Assembly (NCBI RefSeq): GCF_003428155.1
Contig: NZ_QLIR01000016.1
Location: 1 to 32,000 of the forward strand
Source of the DNA: Fastidiosibacter lacustris
GTDB taxonomy: Bacteria; Pseudomonadota; Gammaproteobacteria; Francisellales; Francisellaceae
Direction: 5' to 3'
Length of the DNA stretch: 32,000 nt
Position numbers and translations under genes: made by a program. This document shows, one piece after another, positions 18,779-28,907 of this stretch (its first letter is position 1; each line of letters opens with the position of its first letter). Under the pieces are notes generated by a model. That model ran no database searches and was not told the origin of the DNA. It saw only the letters and a program-made list of their open reading frames with translations.

Positions 18779-19516
18779 ATGAATAAAACACGAAAAACAT
18801 TACACCCACGTGCGCATACTGAGGCCACGACTTATGGTAACGTTCACTTTGATCAATCGCGAGCCACATGGAATATTTTTAAAGTCATGTCAGAACTTGT
18901 TGAGGGATATGAACGCTTAGATGACATACAACCTGCTGTTAGCATCTTTGGTTCTGCGCGCTTGCCTAGCTCTTCCAAGCATTTTCGCGATGCTGAGGAA
19001 ATTGCACGCAGGCTCTCAGACAAAGGTTTTAGTATTATTACTGGCGGCGGACACGGGATTATGGCTGCTGGTAATATCGGTGCCTCAAGGGGGGAAGGAG
19101 TAAGCATAGGTTTAAACATTCAATTACCGTTTGAACAAATTCCGAACCAACATCAAGACATCTCACTTCATTATCGCTATTTCTTCACACGCAAAGCAAT
19201 GTTTGTTAAACATTCAATGGCCTACATTAGCATGCCTGGTGGTTTTGGCACACTTGATGAGCTCTTTGATATTGCAACGCTCGTGCAAACCAAGAAAAAA
19301 CGCCATATGCCAATTATTCTATTTAACACTCGTTTTTGGAAAGGATTATTGGACTGGGTAAATACTAAGCTTATTGAGGAAGGCGTGATTGGCGAAAACG
19401 ATCCCAATCTTTTGCTTACAACAGACTCAATAGATGAGGTTGTTGATATTATCAGCAAACATCACGAAGAAAACCAAAACAAAAAAGTTGATAAAAAAGC
19501 AGAATTTATTTTTTAA
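18779..19516 (+). CDS. LOG family protein (TIGR00730-type, 'lysine decarboxylase'-like Rossmann fold)
   Basis: 'FGSARLPSSSKHF', 'IITGGGHGIMAAGNIGASRGEGVSIG', 'SMPGGFGTLDELFDIATL'. ORF starts at 18698; the ATG at 18779 is a more likely start. Confidence 0.85.
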   Translation: MNKTRKTLHPRAHTEATTYGNVHFDQSRATWNIFKVMSELVEGYERLDDIQPAVSIFGSARLPSSSKHFRDAEEIARRLSDKGFSIITGGGHGIMAAGNIGASRGEGVSIGLNIQLPFEQIPNQHQDISLHYRYFFTRKAMFVKHSMAYISMPGGFGTLDELFDIATLVQTKKKRHMPIILFNTRFWKGLLDWVNTKLIEEGVIGENDPNLLLTTDSIDEVVDIISKHHEENQNKKVDKKAEFIF

Positions 19517-19525
19517 GGAGTATTA

Positions 19526-19777
19526 ATGGATTACCTCCATCAAGCAATCACGAATCTTTTTCAGAATATTTACTATTTGATTGCAGCCTTTACTGTTATT
19601 GTCCATCTTGTTTGTACACTTGCAGTGATTCGTGATTTGAATAATTTCACAAAGCATAACGTTACCCCACAAATGCTGCCTAATTTTGCATGGGTGATTA
19701 CCGTATTAATCAGTGGCATTTGGGGATTATTTATCTACTGGATAATGCATCATTCGAGTTTATGCAGACGCTCGTAG
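19526..19777 (+). CDS. Small membrane protein, two predicted TM segments, unknown function
   Basis: 83 aa with hydrophobic segments 'IYYLIAAFTVIVHLVCTLAVI' and 'NFAWVITVLISGIWGLFIYWIM'. SD 'aaggag' upstream. Confidence 0.55.
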   Translation: MDYLHQAITNLFQNIYYLIAAFTVIVHLVCTLAVIRDLNNFTKHNVTPQMLPNFAWVITVLISGIWGLFIYWIMHHSSLCRRS

Positions 19778-19822
19778 CCATATGTGAAACAGATTTTAAT
19801 ATATACAAACCAAGATGAATAA

Positions 19823-20452
19823 ATGCAAAAATTGGATAAAACGTTTTTTGATAAAGATGCCATTACATTGGCAAAGAGATTGTTGGGGAAAGTAATCTAC
19901 CGTTATCATCAAGGTATATGGCTTAAAGCACAAATCATTGAAACTGAAAGCTATGAACTAGAAGATAAAGCAAGTCATGCCTGATTGGGTTATACAGAAA
20001 AGCGTAAAGCCTTGTTCATGCCGGCTGGTACGATCTATATGTACTATGCCAGAGGTGGAGATTCATTTAATATATCGGCAGCAGGTAAAGGTAATACCGT
20101 GTTAATAAAATCGGCTGTGGCTTTTTTGGATGACAGAGAAGATACTTCGGTTATGTTGCAATGTATGCTTAAACTAAATCCATTAAGAGGTGGTAAACCA
20201 CGTCAAACTAAGCGTTTATTATCTGGTCAAACCCTGTTGTGTAAGGCTTTGAACCTGAAAGTGTGCGACTGGGATCAACAACAATTCAATGATGTTTTTT
20301 ATATCGTTGACGTTGGTTACACACCTAATGAGATCATTCAAACTACGCGCTTAGGGATTCCCAAGCATCGAGATCCAGATTTACCCTATCGTTTTATTGA
20401 CAAGGCTTATGCGCATTTGTCTACCAAAAATCCGTTGACGGTTAAAAAATAA
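19823..20452 (+). pseudogene. DNA-3-methyladenine glycosylase (AAG/Mpg family) interrupted by an in-frame TGA at 19982-19984
   Basis: Continuous frame from ATG 19823: 'MQKLDKTFFDKDAITLAKRLLGKVIYRYHQGIWLKAQIIETESYELEDKASHA*LGYTEKRKALFMPAGTIYMYYARGGDSFNISAAGKGNTVLIKSA...TTRLGIPKHRDPDLPYRFIDKAY'. ORF track shows only the part after the stop (19985..20452). Confidence 0.85.
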
Positions 20453-20694
20453 ATGTATTCCATCTCAAAAACTCTTTTTACTCTTCGTCAATTGCTTTAA
20501 ATTTGGATACGCTTAAAAGCCAGTTCGAAATAGGAAAATTATTATTGATTTGGAGACCATAAAAAAACTTTGCCAATTGCTGCTTAACCCCAAATCGATT
20601 ATAAGGTATACTTGCCCATGTTTTGCCCTTTGTGTGAATAAACGCGCAAAAATATTGTTAAACAAACCATAATAGTAAAAATAGTGAGAAAGAT

Positions 20695-21870
20695 ATGAAT
20701 TTACATGAGTATCAAGCAAAACAGCTTTTTGCTGAATATGGCTTACCCGTTTCTAAGGGTTATGCGGTAGAAAGTGTTGAAGAAGCGTTGGTTGCTGTTG
20801 ATAAAATTGGTGGTGATACTTGGGTGGTTAAAGCACAGGTTCATGCTGGTGGTCGTGGTAAGGCAGGTGGTGTGAAGCTTGTTTCTAACAAAGAAGATGT
20901 TGCAAACTTTGTAAAACGCATGATGAGAACTCGCCTTGTTACTTTTCAAACTGATGAAAAAGGTCAACCCGTCAGCAAGGTTCTTATCGAAAGTTGCACC
21001 GATATCGCCAAAGAATTATATCTAAGTGCCGTGGTTGATCGTGGTACACGTCGCATTATTTTTATGGCTTCAACTGAAGGCGGCGTTGAGATTGAAGAAG
21101 TTGCTGCTCACGCACCTCATAAAATTTTCAAAGAGATCGTCGATCCGCTTGTCGGTGCACAACCATATCAAGGTCGCAAGCTTGCATTTAAGCTTGGTCT
21201 TGACGGCAATCAAATCAAGCAGTTTGTTAAGATTTTTTTAGGTCTTGCCAAGATGTTCCAAGAAAGAGATTTAGAGCTTTTAGAAATTAACCCACTTGTT
21301 ATTACAAATGAAGCTAACCTTCATTGTTTAGATGCAAAAGTATCGGTTGATAACAATGCCTTATATCGCCAACCGCAATTAGCGGAATGGCGCGATCTGT
21401 CTCAAGAAGATGAGCGTGAAGCGCGTGCAGCTGCATGGGAGCTTAACTATGTGGCACTAGATGGTGACATCGGTTGCATGGTTAATGGTGCGGGCTTGGC
21501 GATGGCAACAATGGATATTGTTAAACTTCATGGTGGACGTCCTGCTAACTTCTTAGATGTTGGCGGGGGTGCAACCAAAGAACGTGTAGCTGAGGCATTT
21601 AAAATCATCCTGTCTGATTCAGCAGTTAAAGGTGTTTTTGTTAATATTTTCGGTGGGATTGTTCGTTGTGACATGATCGCAGAAGGCATTATAGCTGCTG
21701 TTGAAGAAGTAGGGGTAAAAGTACCTGTGGTTGTCCGTTTGGCAGGAACAAACGCACAGCTAGGTGCAAAAAAATTAAAAGAAAGTGGCTTGAATATCAT
21801 TGCAGCTACAGGTTTTACAGATGGTGCGAAGAAAATCATCGAAGCAGTTAAAGAGGTAACTCACGTATGA
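20695..21870 (+). CDS. sucC: Succinate-CoA ligase [ADP-forming] subunit beta
   Basis: '[19 protein letters not shown]', '[18 protein letters not shown]', '[28 protein letters not shown]', '[18 protein letters not shown]'. Confidence 0.98.
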   Translation: MNLHEYQAKQLFAEYGLPVSKGYAVESVEEALVAVDKIGGDTWVVKAQVHAGGRGKAGGVKLVSNKEDVANFVKRMMRTRLVTFQTDEKGQPVSKVLIESCTDIAKELYLSAVVDRGTRRIIFMASTEGGVEIEEVAAHAPHKIFKEIVDPLVGAQPYQGRKLAFKLGLDGNQIKQFVKIFLGLAKMFQERDLELLEINPLVITNEANLHCLDAKVSVDNNALYRQPQLAEWRDLSQEDEREARAAAWELNYVALDGDIGCMVNGAGLAMATMDIVKLHGGRPANFLDVGGGATKERVAEAFKIILSDSAVKGVFVNIFGGIVRCDMIAEGIIAAVEEVGVKVPVVVRLAGTNAQLGAKKLKESGLNIIAATGFTDGAKKIIEAVKEVTHV

Positions 21871-22754
21871 GCGTATTAGTTAATAAAAACACAAAAGTTA
21901 TTTGCCAAGGCTTCACAGGTAAGCAAGGTACTTTCCATTCTGATCAAGCAATTGCTTATGGGACAAAAATGGTGGGCGGTGTAACTCCAGGTAAAGGTGG
22001 AACAATCCATCTAGGTTTGCCAGTATTTAACACCGTACAAGAAGCTGTTGACGTAGTGCAACCAGATGCAACTGTTATTTATGTGCCAGCGCCTTTCTGT
22101 AAGGATTCTATCATAGAAGCTGCAGATGCAGGCATTAAACTTATCGTTTGTATTACAGAAGGCATTCCAGTTATGGATATGCTTAAAACAAAAGTCTACC
22201 TAGAACGCTCAGGGTCACGTTTAATCGGTCCAAATTGTCCTGGTGTGATCACACCAGGTGAATGTAAAATTGGTATTATGCCAGGCAATATTCATAAGCC
22301 AGGTAAAGTGGGGATTGTTTCTCGCTCCGGCACATTGACTTATGAAGCCGTAAATCAAACTACCGCGCTTGGTTTTGGTCAGTCAACTTGTATCGGAATA
22401 GGTGGTGACCCTATCCCTGGTACAAACTTTATTGATGCGCTAGCAATGTTCCAAAACGATCCACAAACTGAAGCAATTATCATGGTTGGTGAAATCGGTG
22501 GTTCAGCAGAAGAAGAAGCAGCTGAATATATCAAGCACCATGTTACCAAGCCTGTGGTATCTTATATTGCAGGTGTTACTGCTCCTGCTGGTAAACGTAT
22601 GGGGCATGCTGGTGCGATTATCTCTGGTGGTAAAGGTACAGCCGCTGAGAAATTTGCTGCATTAGAGGCAGCAGGTGTTGCAGTGAGTAAATCGCCAGCT
22701 GAAATGGGTAAAATTCTGCAACAAGTAACTGGCTGGACAGTTGAAACGGTTTAA
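21867..22754 (+). CDS. sucD: Succinate-CoA ligase [ADP-forming] subunit alpha
   Basis: '[35 protein letters not shown]', '[16 protein letters not shown]', '[20 protein letters not shown]'. 4-nt overlap with sucC. Confidence 0.98.
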   Translation: MSVLVNKNTKVICQGFTGKQGTFHSDQAIAYGTKMVGGVTPGKGGTIHLGLPVFNTVQEAVDVVQPDATVIYVPAPFCKDSIIEAADAGIKLIVCITEGIPVMDMLKTKVYLERSGSRLIGPNCPGVITPGECKIGIMPGNIHKPGKVGIVSRSGTLTYEAVNQTTALGFGQSTCIGIGGDPIPGTNFIDALAMFQNDPQTEAIIMVGEIGGSAEEEAAEYIKHHVTKPVVSYIAGVTAPAGKRMGHAGAIISGGKGTAAEKFAALEAAGVAVSKSPAEMGKILQQVTGWTVETV

Positions 22755-22777
22755 ATATTTAGTTGAAGGAAGTCTCG

Positions 22778-22816
22778 AAAAGTCTTGCTGTCAAACAACA
22801 GCAAGACTTTTTTATT
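22778..22816 (+). terminator. Rho-independent terminator downstream of sucCD
   Basis: Perfect stem 'aaaagtcttgctgt'/'acagcaagactttt' with short loop 'caaaca' and T-rich 3' side. Confidence 0.85.
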
Positions 22817-22889
22817 TGAGCCCTAAATACTCTAAGCAACTTTGCAACAAACTTTAAAAGAATCCACCTAAAAGATAGGGGGAATAAAA

Positions 22890-23162
22890 ATGGAAAAAAT
22901 TCGAATTTTTGCTGTTTATTTTGTTTATTACACCGTAATTGGAGCGTTAAGTGCATGGATTCCGCTTACTTGGTTTGGTCTATACTTTGGATTACCTTCT
23001 ATTTTGATTGCGGCAATTGTTTTATCAGTTTTACGAATATTTGAACTAGGTTCAACGTGTGCATCATTACGATTGGTTTTTTCAGTTAACAGGTTTTCGA
23101 TTGCGGTATTAGTGTTATTCGTTGTTGATTGCTTATATACGATTTGGGTTATTTATATATGA
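22890..23162 (+). CDS. Small hydrophobic membrane protein, unknown function
   Basis: 90 aa, about three hydrophobic segments (e.g. 'FAVYFVYYTVIGALSAWIPLTWFGLYFG', 'FSIAVLVLFVVDCLYTIWVIYI'). Confidence 0.5.
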   Translation: MEKIRIFAVYFVYYTVIGALSAWIPLTWFGLYFGLPSILIAAIVLSVLRIFELGSTCASLRLVFSVNRFSIAVLVLFVVDCLYTIWVIYI

Positions 23163-23224
23163 TTTGGGTTCTTTACAACACCTTTAGTTATTTATGAATT
23201 TTTATAACAAACTGGTAAAAACCG

Positions 23225-23575
23225 TTAGTTACTCACATAAATAGTTCCAGGAGGGGAATAATCACCACTGACGCTAATCAATTTATTGTCTTTAAAAGTC
23301 AAAATAAGTTGTTTGTCATTGCGTGGTGCATCATACGATTGTTGGTAACTATAAATATAATTCCATTGATTTTGGTCAAATGGATCAATAATATCAGGTG
23401 AGCCCAAGATGTATTTGATCTGTTCGGGTGTCATACCTGGCTTGATCTGCTGCATTACATTTTGTGGCAAGATCTTTCCTTGTTGTATTGGTGGGGTATA
23501 AGGACTGAAAATACTACACCCCGAAAACGCCAAGACGCTTAGTAAACAAACTGAAATAAGTAATCTATTTTGCAT
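23225..23575 (-). CDS. bamE: Outer membrane protein assembly factor BamE (SmpA/OmlA)
   Basis: Lipobox 'LAFSGCSIF', 'PYTPPIQQGKILPQNVMQQIKPGMTPEQIKYILGSPDIIDPFDQNQWNYIYSY'. Confidence 0.93.
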   Translation of the reverse strand: MQNRLLISVCLLSVLAFSGCSIFSPYTPPIQQGKILPQNVMQQIKPGMTPEQIKYILGSPDIIDPFDQNQWNYIYSYQQSYDAPRNDKQLILTFKDNKLISVSGDYSPPGTIYVSN

Positions 23576-23601
23576 CGTTTAATCTATCTATTTATGTTTT
23601 T

Positions 23602-24189
23602 TTATACTCCAAAAAGTCCGCGATCAAGGGTATCACATAGGCAGTTAATAACGATTAGCTGTCCTTCGTGAATACAAGTCGTCTTATCGGAGGGGATGCG
23701 AATTTCAACATCACTGGGCTGATACATGTGGCGTAGTTTACCACCATCTTTGCCGGTTAAGCTAATGATATGCATATTTTTTTCATGTGCAATCTTAATT
23801 GCTTCAATAATGTTTTCCGCGTTGCCACTCGTAGTAATACATAGCAAAACGTCTTCAGCCTGCCCTAGTGCACTGATTTGCTGAGCAAAAATCGACTTGT
23901 AAGCTTGATCATTGGCAATGGCACTTAAAACTGTGCTATTAGACGCAAGTGAAATTGCAGGCAGTGCAGGGCGCTCCATCAAAAAACGGTGGATCAGCTG
24001 AGTGCTAAAGTAGTTAGCTAAAGCCGCTGTGCCACCATTGCCACAGGTAAGGACTTTTTTTCCATTTACAATGGTTGAAACCAGCATTTGACCTGCATGT
24101 GCAATAGCGTCAGCTAGACTATCGGCAATTAGGATGCTGGTTTGAATTGAATGACTAAAATGATCTTTGACACGTTCAGATAAATCCAT
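23602..24189 (-). CDS. SIS-domain protein, phosphoheptose isomerase / DiaA family
   Basis: 'GKKVLTCGNGGTAALANYFSTQLIHRF', 'SNSTVLSAIANDQAY', 'LCITTSGNAENIIEAI', 'SDKTTCIHEGQLIVINCLCDTLD'. Cannot separate GmhA from DiaA by eye. Confidence 0.82.
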   Translation of the reverse strand: MDLSERVKDHFSHSIQTSILIADSLADAIAHAGQMLVSTIVNGKKVLTCGNGGTAALANYFSTQLIHRFLMERPALPAISLASNSTVLSAIANDQAYKSIFAQQISALGQAEDVLLCITTSGNAENIIEAIKIAHEKNMHIISLTGKDGGKLRHMYQPSDVEIRIPSDKTTCIHEGQLIVINCLCDTLDRGLFGV

Positions 24190-24309
24190 GCTAAATTCCT
24201 GCTATCTAAGGATTGCTATAAACTATAGATTTGATTAATCTGCCACAATAAAATTTTTAGGTCAAATGGCTTTGCAGGAATTATTGATATGAGAAATAGA
24301 GGTGCAATT

Positions 24310-25044
24310 ATGAATACACTTAATGTTGCATGGAATTTGTACCGCTCTACATTGAAAGTATGCTTCATATTTGCGCTTGTCAGTGCGGTTATTGCTGAAT
24401 ATTTTAAGCTTTATGCACTAAACGCTGGCGTTGGAGAAATTATCCATGCTTATATGCAAAGTGGGCAAATCCCAGCCACACTACCTGATGCCGAAGTATT
24501 AGCACTGTTGGGTTTAAGTTCGATGTTTATCACAATGTGTGTTTATGGATTGTTGATTTGTATTGGAGGAGAGTATTTTAAAGAAGGTGTCATAAAACCT
24601 GAGCTTATGAAAAATGCCTTTGCAATATTTAGAAAGCGTTTCGGTTTGTTTTTGCTTGTTTGCATTTTAAATGGATTTCTGTGGTTTTTAGCTAGCTTTT
24701 TAAGCATATTTGGATTTTGGTTGGTAACGAGCTTCACGCTTATATTATTACCCACTGTTTTACTCGGTAATGTCGGTGTGTGGATGAGCTTTCGTGAAAA
24801 TTTTCGCTTGCTAGGTAGCAACGTATTATATGCGCTGCAATTGGGATTTATTATAGTTGCCATATTGCTAATTAAATACGTAGTTTATGCGCTATTTGCT
24901 GCAATTGGCGATGGCGTTAGTTTTGGTATTAATCATGTCGTAATTATCTTTATTGATGCTTTTAGCTTAGCGTTCATCGTCATGGTGATGGTGGCAGCAT
25001 TTTATGAGTTAAATGCGAAAGATGATTTGCCAATAGAAAATTAA
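24310..25044 (+). CDS. Multi-pass membrane protein, unknown function
   Basis: Several hydrophobic stretches. ATG at 24310 (MNTLNVAWNLYRSTLKV) is preferred over 24289. Confidence 0.55.
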   Translation: MNTLNVAWNLYRSTLKVCFIFALVSAVIAEYFKLYALNAGVGEIIHAYMQSGQIPATLPDAEVLALLGLSSMFITMCVYGLLICIGGEYFKEGVIKPELMKNAFAIFRKRFGLFLLVCILNGFLWFLASFLSIFGFWLVTSFTLILLPTVLLGNVGVWMSFRENFRLLGSNVLYALQLGFIIVAILLIKYVVYALFAAIGDGVSFGINHVVIIFIDAFSLAFIVMVMVAAFYELNAKDDLPIEN

Positions 25045-25682
25045 GGGTAAATCGTCCGCATATCCGTGACCATCATATTGGCTTTAACGGCATTAATTAA
25101 TCCTGGTTTACCATCCTCAAAAACATGACACTTATCACATTCAACACCAAGCCTGTCAGCTATTAAAGTAAAGGCTTCAGGGTATTCTTTGGTAGGGTGG
25201 TCATCATCTGCGGTAATAATGAACTCGAATAAATTTTTTATGTTTAGTGTATCAAGCGTTTTAAGAACGTTTTGACATGATCCTCCTGAAATGACAACCA
25301 TTGGTAGTTTACCGTGGTACCTTTTTATAAGATCAACTATTGGAGTGATTGGAATGACTTTGTTGATACTTTGTTCAGCAAGGCTCTCTTTTTCATGCGC
25401 AAGTTTATGTAGATCAAAACGTGTTTGATCTATGTGTGAGGTGAGCTTTTTTAAGATTTGTAACGTCGGAATGCCATTATAGTGGGTAAGCTCATCCGTA
25501 CTTAAATTAAATTGGTGCCGTTTGGCAATAGTATGCCATGCTTCGTTATGAATAATCATGCTATCGGCAATGGTGCCATCGCAGTCAAAAATAAGTGCTT
25601 GAGTTTTGGGATGGATGTAGATCATGGTATTTCTCACAGATTTTGATAAATTTTGCTGTACCATTATTGACATAATTATCAA
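25041..25682 (-). CDS. HAD-superfamily hydrolase, beta-phosphoglucomutase-like
   Basis: 'ALIFDCDGTIADSMIIHNEAWHTIAKRH', 'MVVISGGSCQNVLKTLD', 'VFEDGKPGLINAVKANM'. The real start may be the internal ATG near 25625. Confidence 0.8.
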   Translation of the reverse strand: MIIMSIMVQQNLSKSVRNTMIYIHPKTQALIFDCDGTIADSMIIHNEAWHTIAKRHQFNLSTDELTHYNGIPTLQILKKLTSHIDQTRFDLHKLAHEKESLAEQSINKVIPITPIVDLIKRYHGKLPMVVISGGSCQNVLKTLDTLNIKNLFEFIITADDDHPTKEYPEAFTLIADRLGVECDKCHVFEDGKPGLINAVKANMMVTDMRTIYP

Positions 25683-25816
25683 GCTTTAGCAAACTTTTGC
25701 GCACTGAATTTGATTCAATAACTTTATTTGCCATGACCTGTATATAAGCCTTGAGCTTACTTATAGGCTGAAATAAAGCTTAACTATACATGGCATACGA
25801 AAACAAGGAGAAAGAA

Positions 25817-26422
25817 ATGAGTGTTTTAGTAGGGCGCAAAGCGCCAGAATTTACAGCAGCAGCCGTATTGGCTTCAGGTGAAATCGTCAATGCTCTTGAG
25901 TTTAGTAAGGCGCGTAATGACAAATATGCCGCCGTTGTATTTTACCCATTGGATTTCACATTTGTTTGTCCATCTGAGCTTATTGCTTTAGATAAACGTG
26001 TTGATGAGCTTAAAAAATTAGGTGTGGAAGTATTTGCAGTGTCGATTGATTCTCAATTTACTCACAACGCTTGGCGCAATACCCCAATCAACCAAGGTGG
26101 TATTGGTGCGGTTAACTATACAATGGTTGCTGATGTTGATCATAGCATTGTTAAAGCCTATGGTGTTGAGCATCCCGAAGCTGCTGTTGCTTTCCGTGGT
26201 ACTTTTTTAATTGACAAAGAAGGTGTAGTTAGACATCAAGTAGTGAATGACCTTCCACTTGGTCGCAATATGGATGAATTAATACGTATGGTCAAAGCAC
26301 TCCAATTCTACGAAAAGCATGGTGAAGTTTGCCCTGCTGGTTGGAAGGAAGGTGATAAAGGGATGAGTGCATCACCTGAGGGCGTTGCCAGTTATTTGGC
26401 AGAAAATGCAGAATCTTTGTAA
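25817..26422 (+). CDS. 2-Cys peroxiredoxin (AhpC/TSA family)
   Basis: 'MSVLVGRKAPEFTAAAVLASGEI', 'FYPLDFTFVCPSELIALDKRVDELKKLGVEVFAVSIDSQFTHNAWRNT', C-terminal 'GEVCPAGW'. Confidence 0.93.
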   Translation: MSVLVGRKAPEFTAAAVLASGEIVNALEFSKARNDKYAAVVFYPLDFTFVCPSELIALDKRVDELKKLGVEVFAVSIDSQFTHNAWRNTPINQGGIGAVNYTMVADVDHSIVKAYGVEHPEAAVAFRGTFLIDKEGVVRHQVVNDLPLGRNMDELIRMVKALQFYEKHGEVCPAGWKEGDKGMSASPEGVASYLAENAESL

Positions 26423-26571
26423 TTTTTATTAAAAAATGATATGAATTGCTTGAAAATTTAAAATAAAGTGTTACCTTTGTCGGGGTGTAGTTTTTAAGAC
26501 GGTTAGAATACCGCGAGAAAAGGAATAAAAATTTAATAAAAATAAGTTTTAAAACAGTTGAGGAGAAACTA

Positions 26572-27849
26572 ATGAAACTTAAGATGATCGTAGCAGCGGT
26601 TGCTGCAACTGCAAGCGCTTCAGCTTTTGCAGCTGGTTCAATGAATGATCAAGTACAAAACGGTGGCGGTATCGTTAACGTTCGTACAGATGCGCAATAT
26701 GCGCAACAAATGCTAAACAACCAGCAGGTAACTGGTTCTGTATTGAATATTTTGAATGCACGTCAATCAGGTGATCTAGCCTCTAACGCTATCTATATTG
26801 GTGGAAAAGGTGAGATTTACGCGCAATATCAGAATACTTCAAGTGCCCCTAATTCAAACAATAACAGTAAAACTGAAATTAAAATGCCTTATGCTGATTT
26901 AGCATTTACATCAACTATTGGTGATTGGGTAAGTGGTTTTGCTGATATTCAAGTTAATAATGCTGCTAGTAGTAGTGTAATATTGCCAAGTGCTTATTTT
27001 ATTTTTGGTAACTTGTCTAAGTCTCCATTCTACGCATTTGGTGGTAAAAAAGTAGTTGAATTTGGTAAATTTGATTCAGTCACTAACTTTATGCCAACCT
27101 TAACCCGTGCTTACTTTATAGCTTATGGTGGTCAAGTCGGTGCTGGTTTTACTATGAATGGTTTAGACGTTGTTGCTACTTTAATGAATGGTAAAGGCAC
27201 TGCAATGATGAACTCTCAAGCATCAAGTGCACAACAAATTAATGATTTTGCAATTAATGCTTCATATAACGGTAAAGCAGGTAACTTAGGCTACTATGCA
27301 GGTGCGGGTTATATTAATGCAACAGGTTTCTCTGGTAATCCAACTGGTGCAAATAACAAAATGGTGGGTGCATTAGATTTTAACGCTGGTTTCAACATCC
27401 AAGGTCTTGCAGTTAATGGTGAGTTTTTAGTAACAACTTCTGGCGTTCATGGTATGAATAAGACTGCATTTGGTTCTAATACCATTCCTGGCGTTGCATC
27501 TCATCCTGATACAGCAGGGGCAACAGCGTTTGCTATTAATGCACTTCCAACGTTAATTACTTTTGGCGGTACAACAGCGGGTGCATCTAATTGTACGGTT
27601 AAAGCGTGGAGCTTAGACTCTTCTTACACGATACCTGTTGCTGGTAAAGACATGGTGCCTTATGTATCTTATAGTCAAGTAGCACAAAACTCTGACAATA
27701 ACTTATATCAATTAGAACTTGGTACGCGTTATAACATTGTCGACACTGTTTGGCTTGGTGGTTCTTATAACTATATGTCTGGTAAATCAACAGGTACCAA
27801 AGTGGGTAGCTTCAACACAATTATGTTGGATGCAACTGTTTACTTCTAA
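26572..27849 (+). CDS. Outer-membrane porin-like beta-barrel protein (DUF3573-like family of Francisella-type bacteria)
   Basis: Signal peptide 'MKLKMIVAAVAATASASAFAAG', many alternating amphipathic strands, aromatic C-terminus 'IMLDATVYF'. Family call from pattern recall. Confidence 0.65.
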   Translation: MKLKMIVAAVAATASASAFAAGSMNDQVQNGGGIVNVRTDAQYAQQMLNNQQVTGSVLNILNARQSGDLASNAIYIGGKGEIYAQYQNTSSAPNSNNNSKTEIKMPYADLAFTSTIGDWVSGFADIQVNNAASSSVILPSAYFIFGNLSKSPFYAFGGKKVVEFGKFDSVTNFMPTLTRAYFIAYGGQVGAGFTMNGLDVVATLMNGKGTAMMNSQASSAQQINDFAINASYNGKAGNLGYYAGAGYINATGFSGNPTGANNKMVGALDFNAGFNIQGLAVNGEFLVTTSGVHGMNKTAFGSNTIPGVASHPDTAGATAFAINALPTLITFGGTTAGASNCTVKAWSLDSSYTIPVAGKDMVPYVSYSQVAQNSDNNLYQLELGTRYNIVDTVWLGGSYNYMSGKSTGTKVGSFNTIMLDATVYF

Positions 27850-27874
27850 TCTGACTGATTAGTTTAGATATATT

Positions 27875-27900
27875 AAAAGGTCGCTGATGCGGCCTTTTTT
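27875..27900 (+). terminator. Rho-independent terminator after the porin-like gene
   Basis: 'aaaggtcgctgatgcggcctttttt': 9-bp stem with one G:U, loop and T run. Confidence 0.75.
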
Positions 27901-27992
27901 ATTTTGTAGTTTAAGCAAAAAGTGATTTTACAAAAATACCTTGTTAGTATGGCACAACCTTGATCACACTTTCTTTGGTTGAAGGAAATGAT

Positions 27993-28907
27993 ATGACTGA
28001 AAAGTCACATTTTTACGCTCCTAAATATTGGGGCTTACAATTATTTTTCTTATTCGCGCGGTTGTTTGTGCGATTACCCTATCGCTGGCAAATGCGTTTT
28101 GGTGTGCGCCTTGGGCGAATGATATATCCCTTTTTAAGGCGACGTAAACATATTACGATGATTAACCTTAAAATTGCATTTCCAAATAAAAGTACACATG
28201 AACTTACTGTATTGTGTAAAAAATGCTTTGATTCGATTGCGGTTTCTGGGATTGAAACGATGATTGCCTGGTTTATGCCTAAGCATCAATTTCAAAAGAT
28301 CAAAATTGATACACATGGTATGGAACATTTTGAAAACGTGCATAATGATCCTAGAAAAGGGGCATTGATGCTGGGCTCACATTTTACTTGTATGGAAATC
28401 ATTGGGCGATACATTGGGGAAAACTACTCTCCTTTTTATTTGGTATACCAAAAGCATAAAAATACACTTTTTGAGCATACGATGACAACAGCGCGTGAGA
28501 AGTATGTAACACAATGTTTACAGCGCAAAAATGTTGTCTCAATCGTTAAGATGCTTAAGCGCAATGCTTCGGTGTGGTATGCCCCAGATCAAGATTTTGG
28601 CGCTGAGCGTAGTATATTTGTGCCATTTTTTAGCAAGACTTGTTCGACTTTAGTTGCAACCTCGTGGCTTGCAGAAAAAACATCTGCTAAGGTTATCCCC
28701 TGTTATTATACACGTAAAGTAGATTTCTCAGGTTATGACATTTATGTATTGCCTGTGCTTGAAAATTTCCCTTCAGGTGACGATTATCAAGATGCGCTTC
28801 GTTATCACCAGATCTTAGAAAAAGCAATTTGTGAGTTTCCAGACCAATATCTATGGCAACATAGGCGTTATAAGTCGCGCCCGCCAGGTGAAGAAGGAGT
28901 ATATTGA
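27993..28907 (+). CDS. LpxL/HtrB-family lipid A biosynthesis acyltransferase
   Basis: 'YWGLQLFFLFARLFVRLPYRWQMRFGVRLGRMIYP', 'LMLGSHFTCMEIIGRYIG', 'PDQDFGAERSIFVPFF', 'WQHRRYKSRPPGE'. Confidence 0.92.
   Translation: MTEKSHFYAPKYWGLQLFFLFARLFVRLPYRWQMRFGVRLGRMIYPFLRRRKHITMINLKIAFPNKSTHELTVLCKKCFDSIAVSGIETMIAWFMPKHQFQKIKIDTHGMEHFENVHNDPRKGALMLGSHFTCMEIIGRYIGENYSPFYLVYQKHKNTLFEHTMTTAREKYVTQCLQRKNVVSIVKMLKRNASVWYAPDQDFGAERSIFVPFFSKTCSTLVATSWLAEKTSAKVIPCYYTRKVDFSGYDIYVLPVLENFPSGDDYQDALRYHQILEKAICEFPDQYLWQHRRYKSRPPGEEGVY

Noticed and set aside
19982-19984. TGA in the glycosylase as selenocysteine recoding
   Set aside because: No SECIS-like element was recognised after the codon, and AAG/Mpg proteins are not known selenoproteins. 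Nonsense mutation or error is simpler.
20513-20719. 68-aa ORF (-) upstream of sucC
   Set aside because: It overlaps the likely sucCD promoter/leader and sucC start, with no recognisable protein features.
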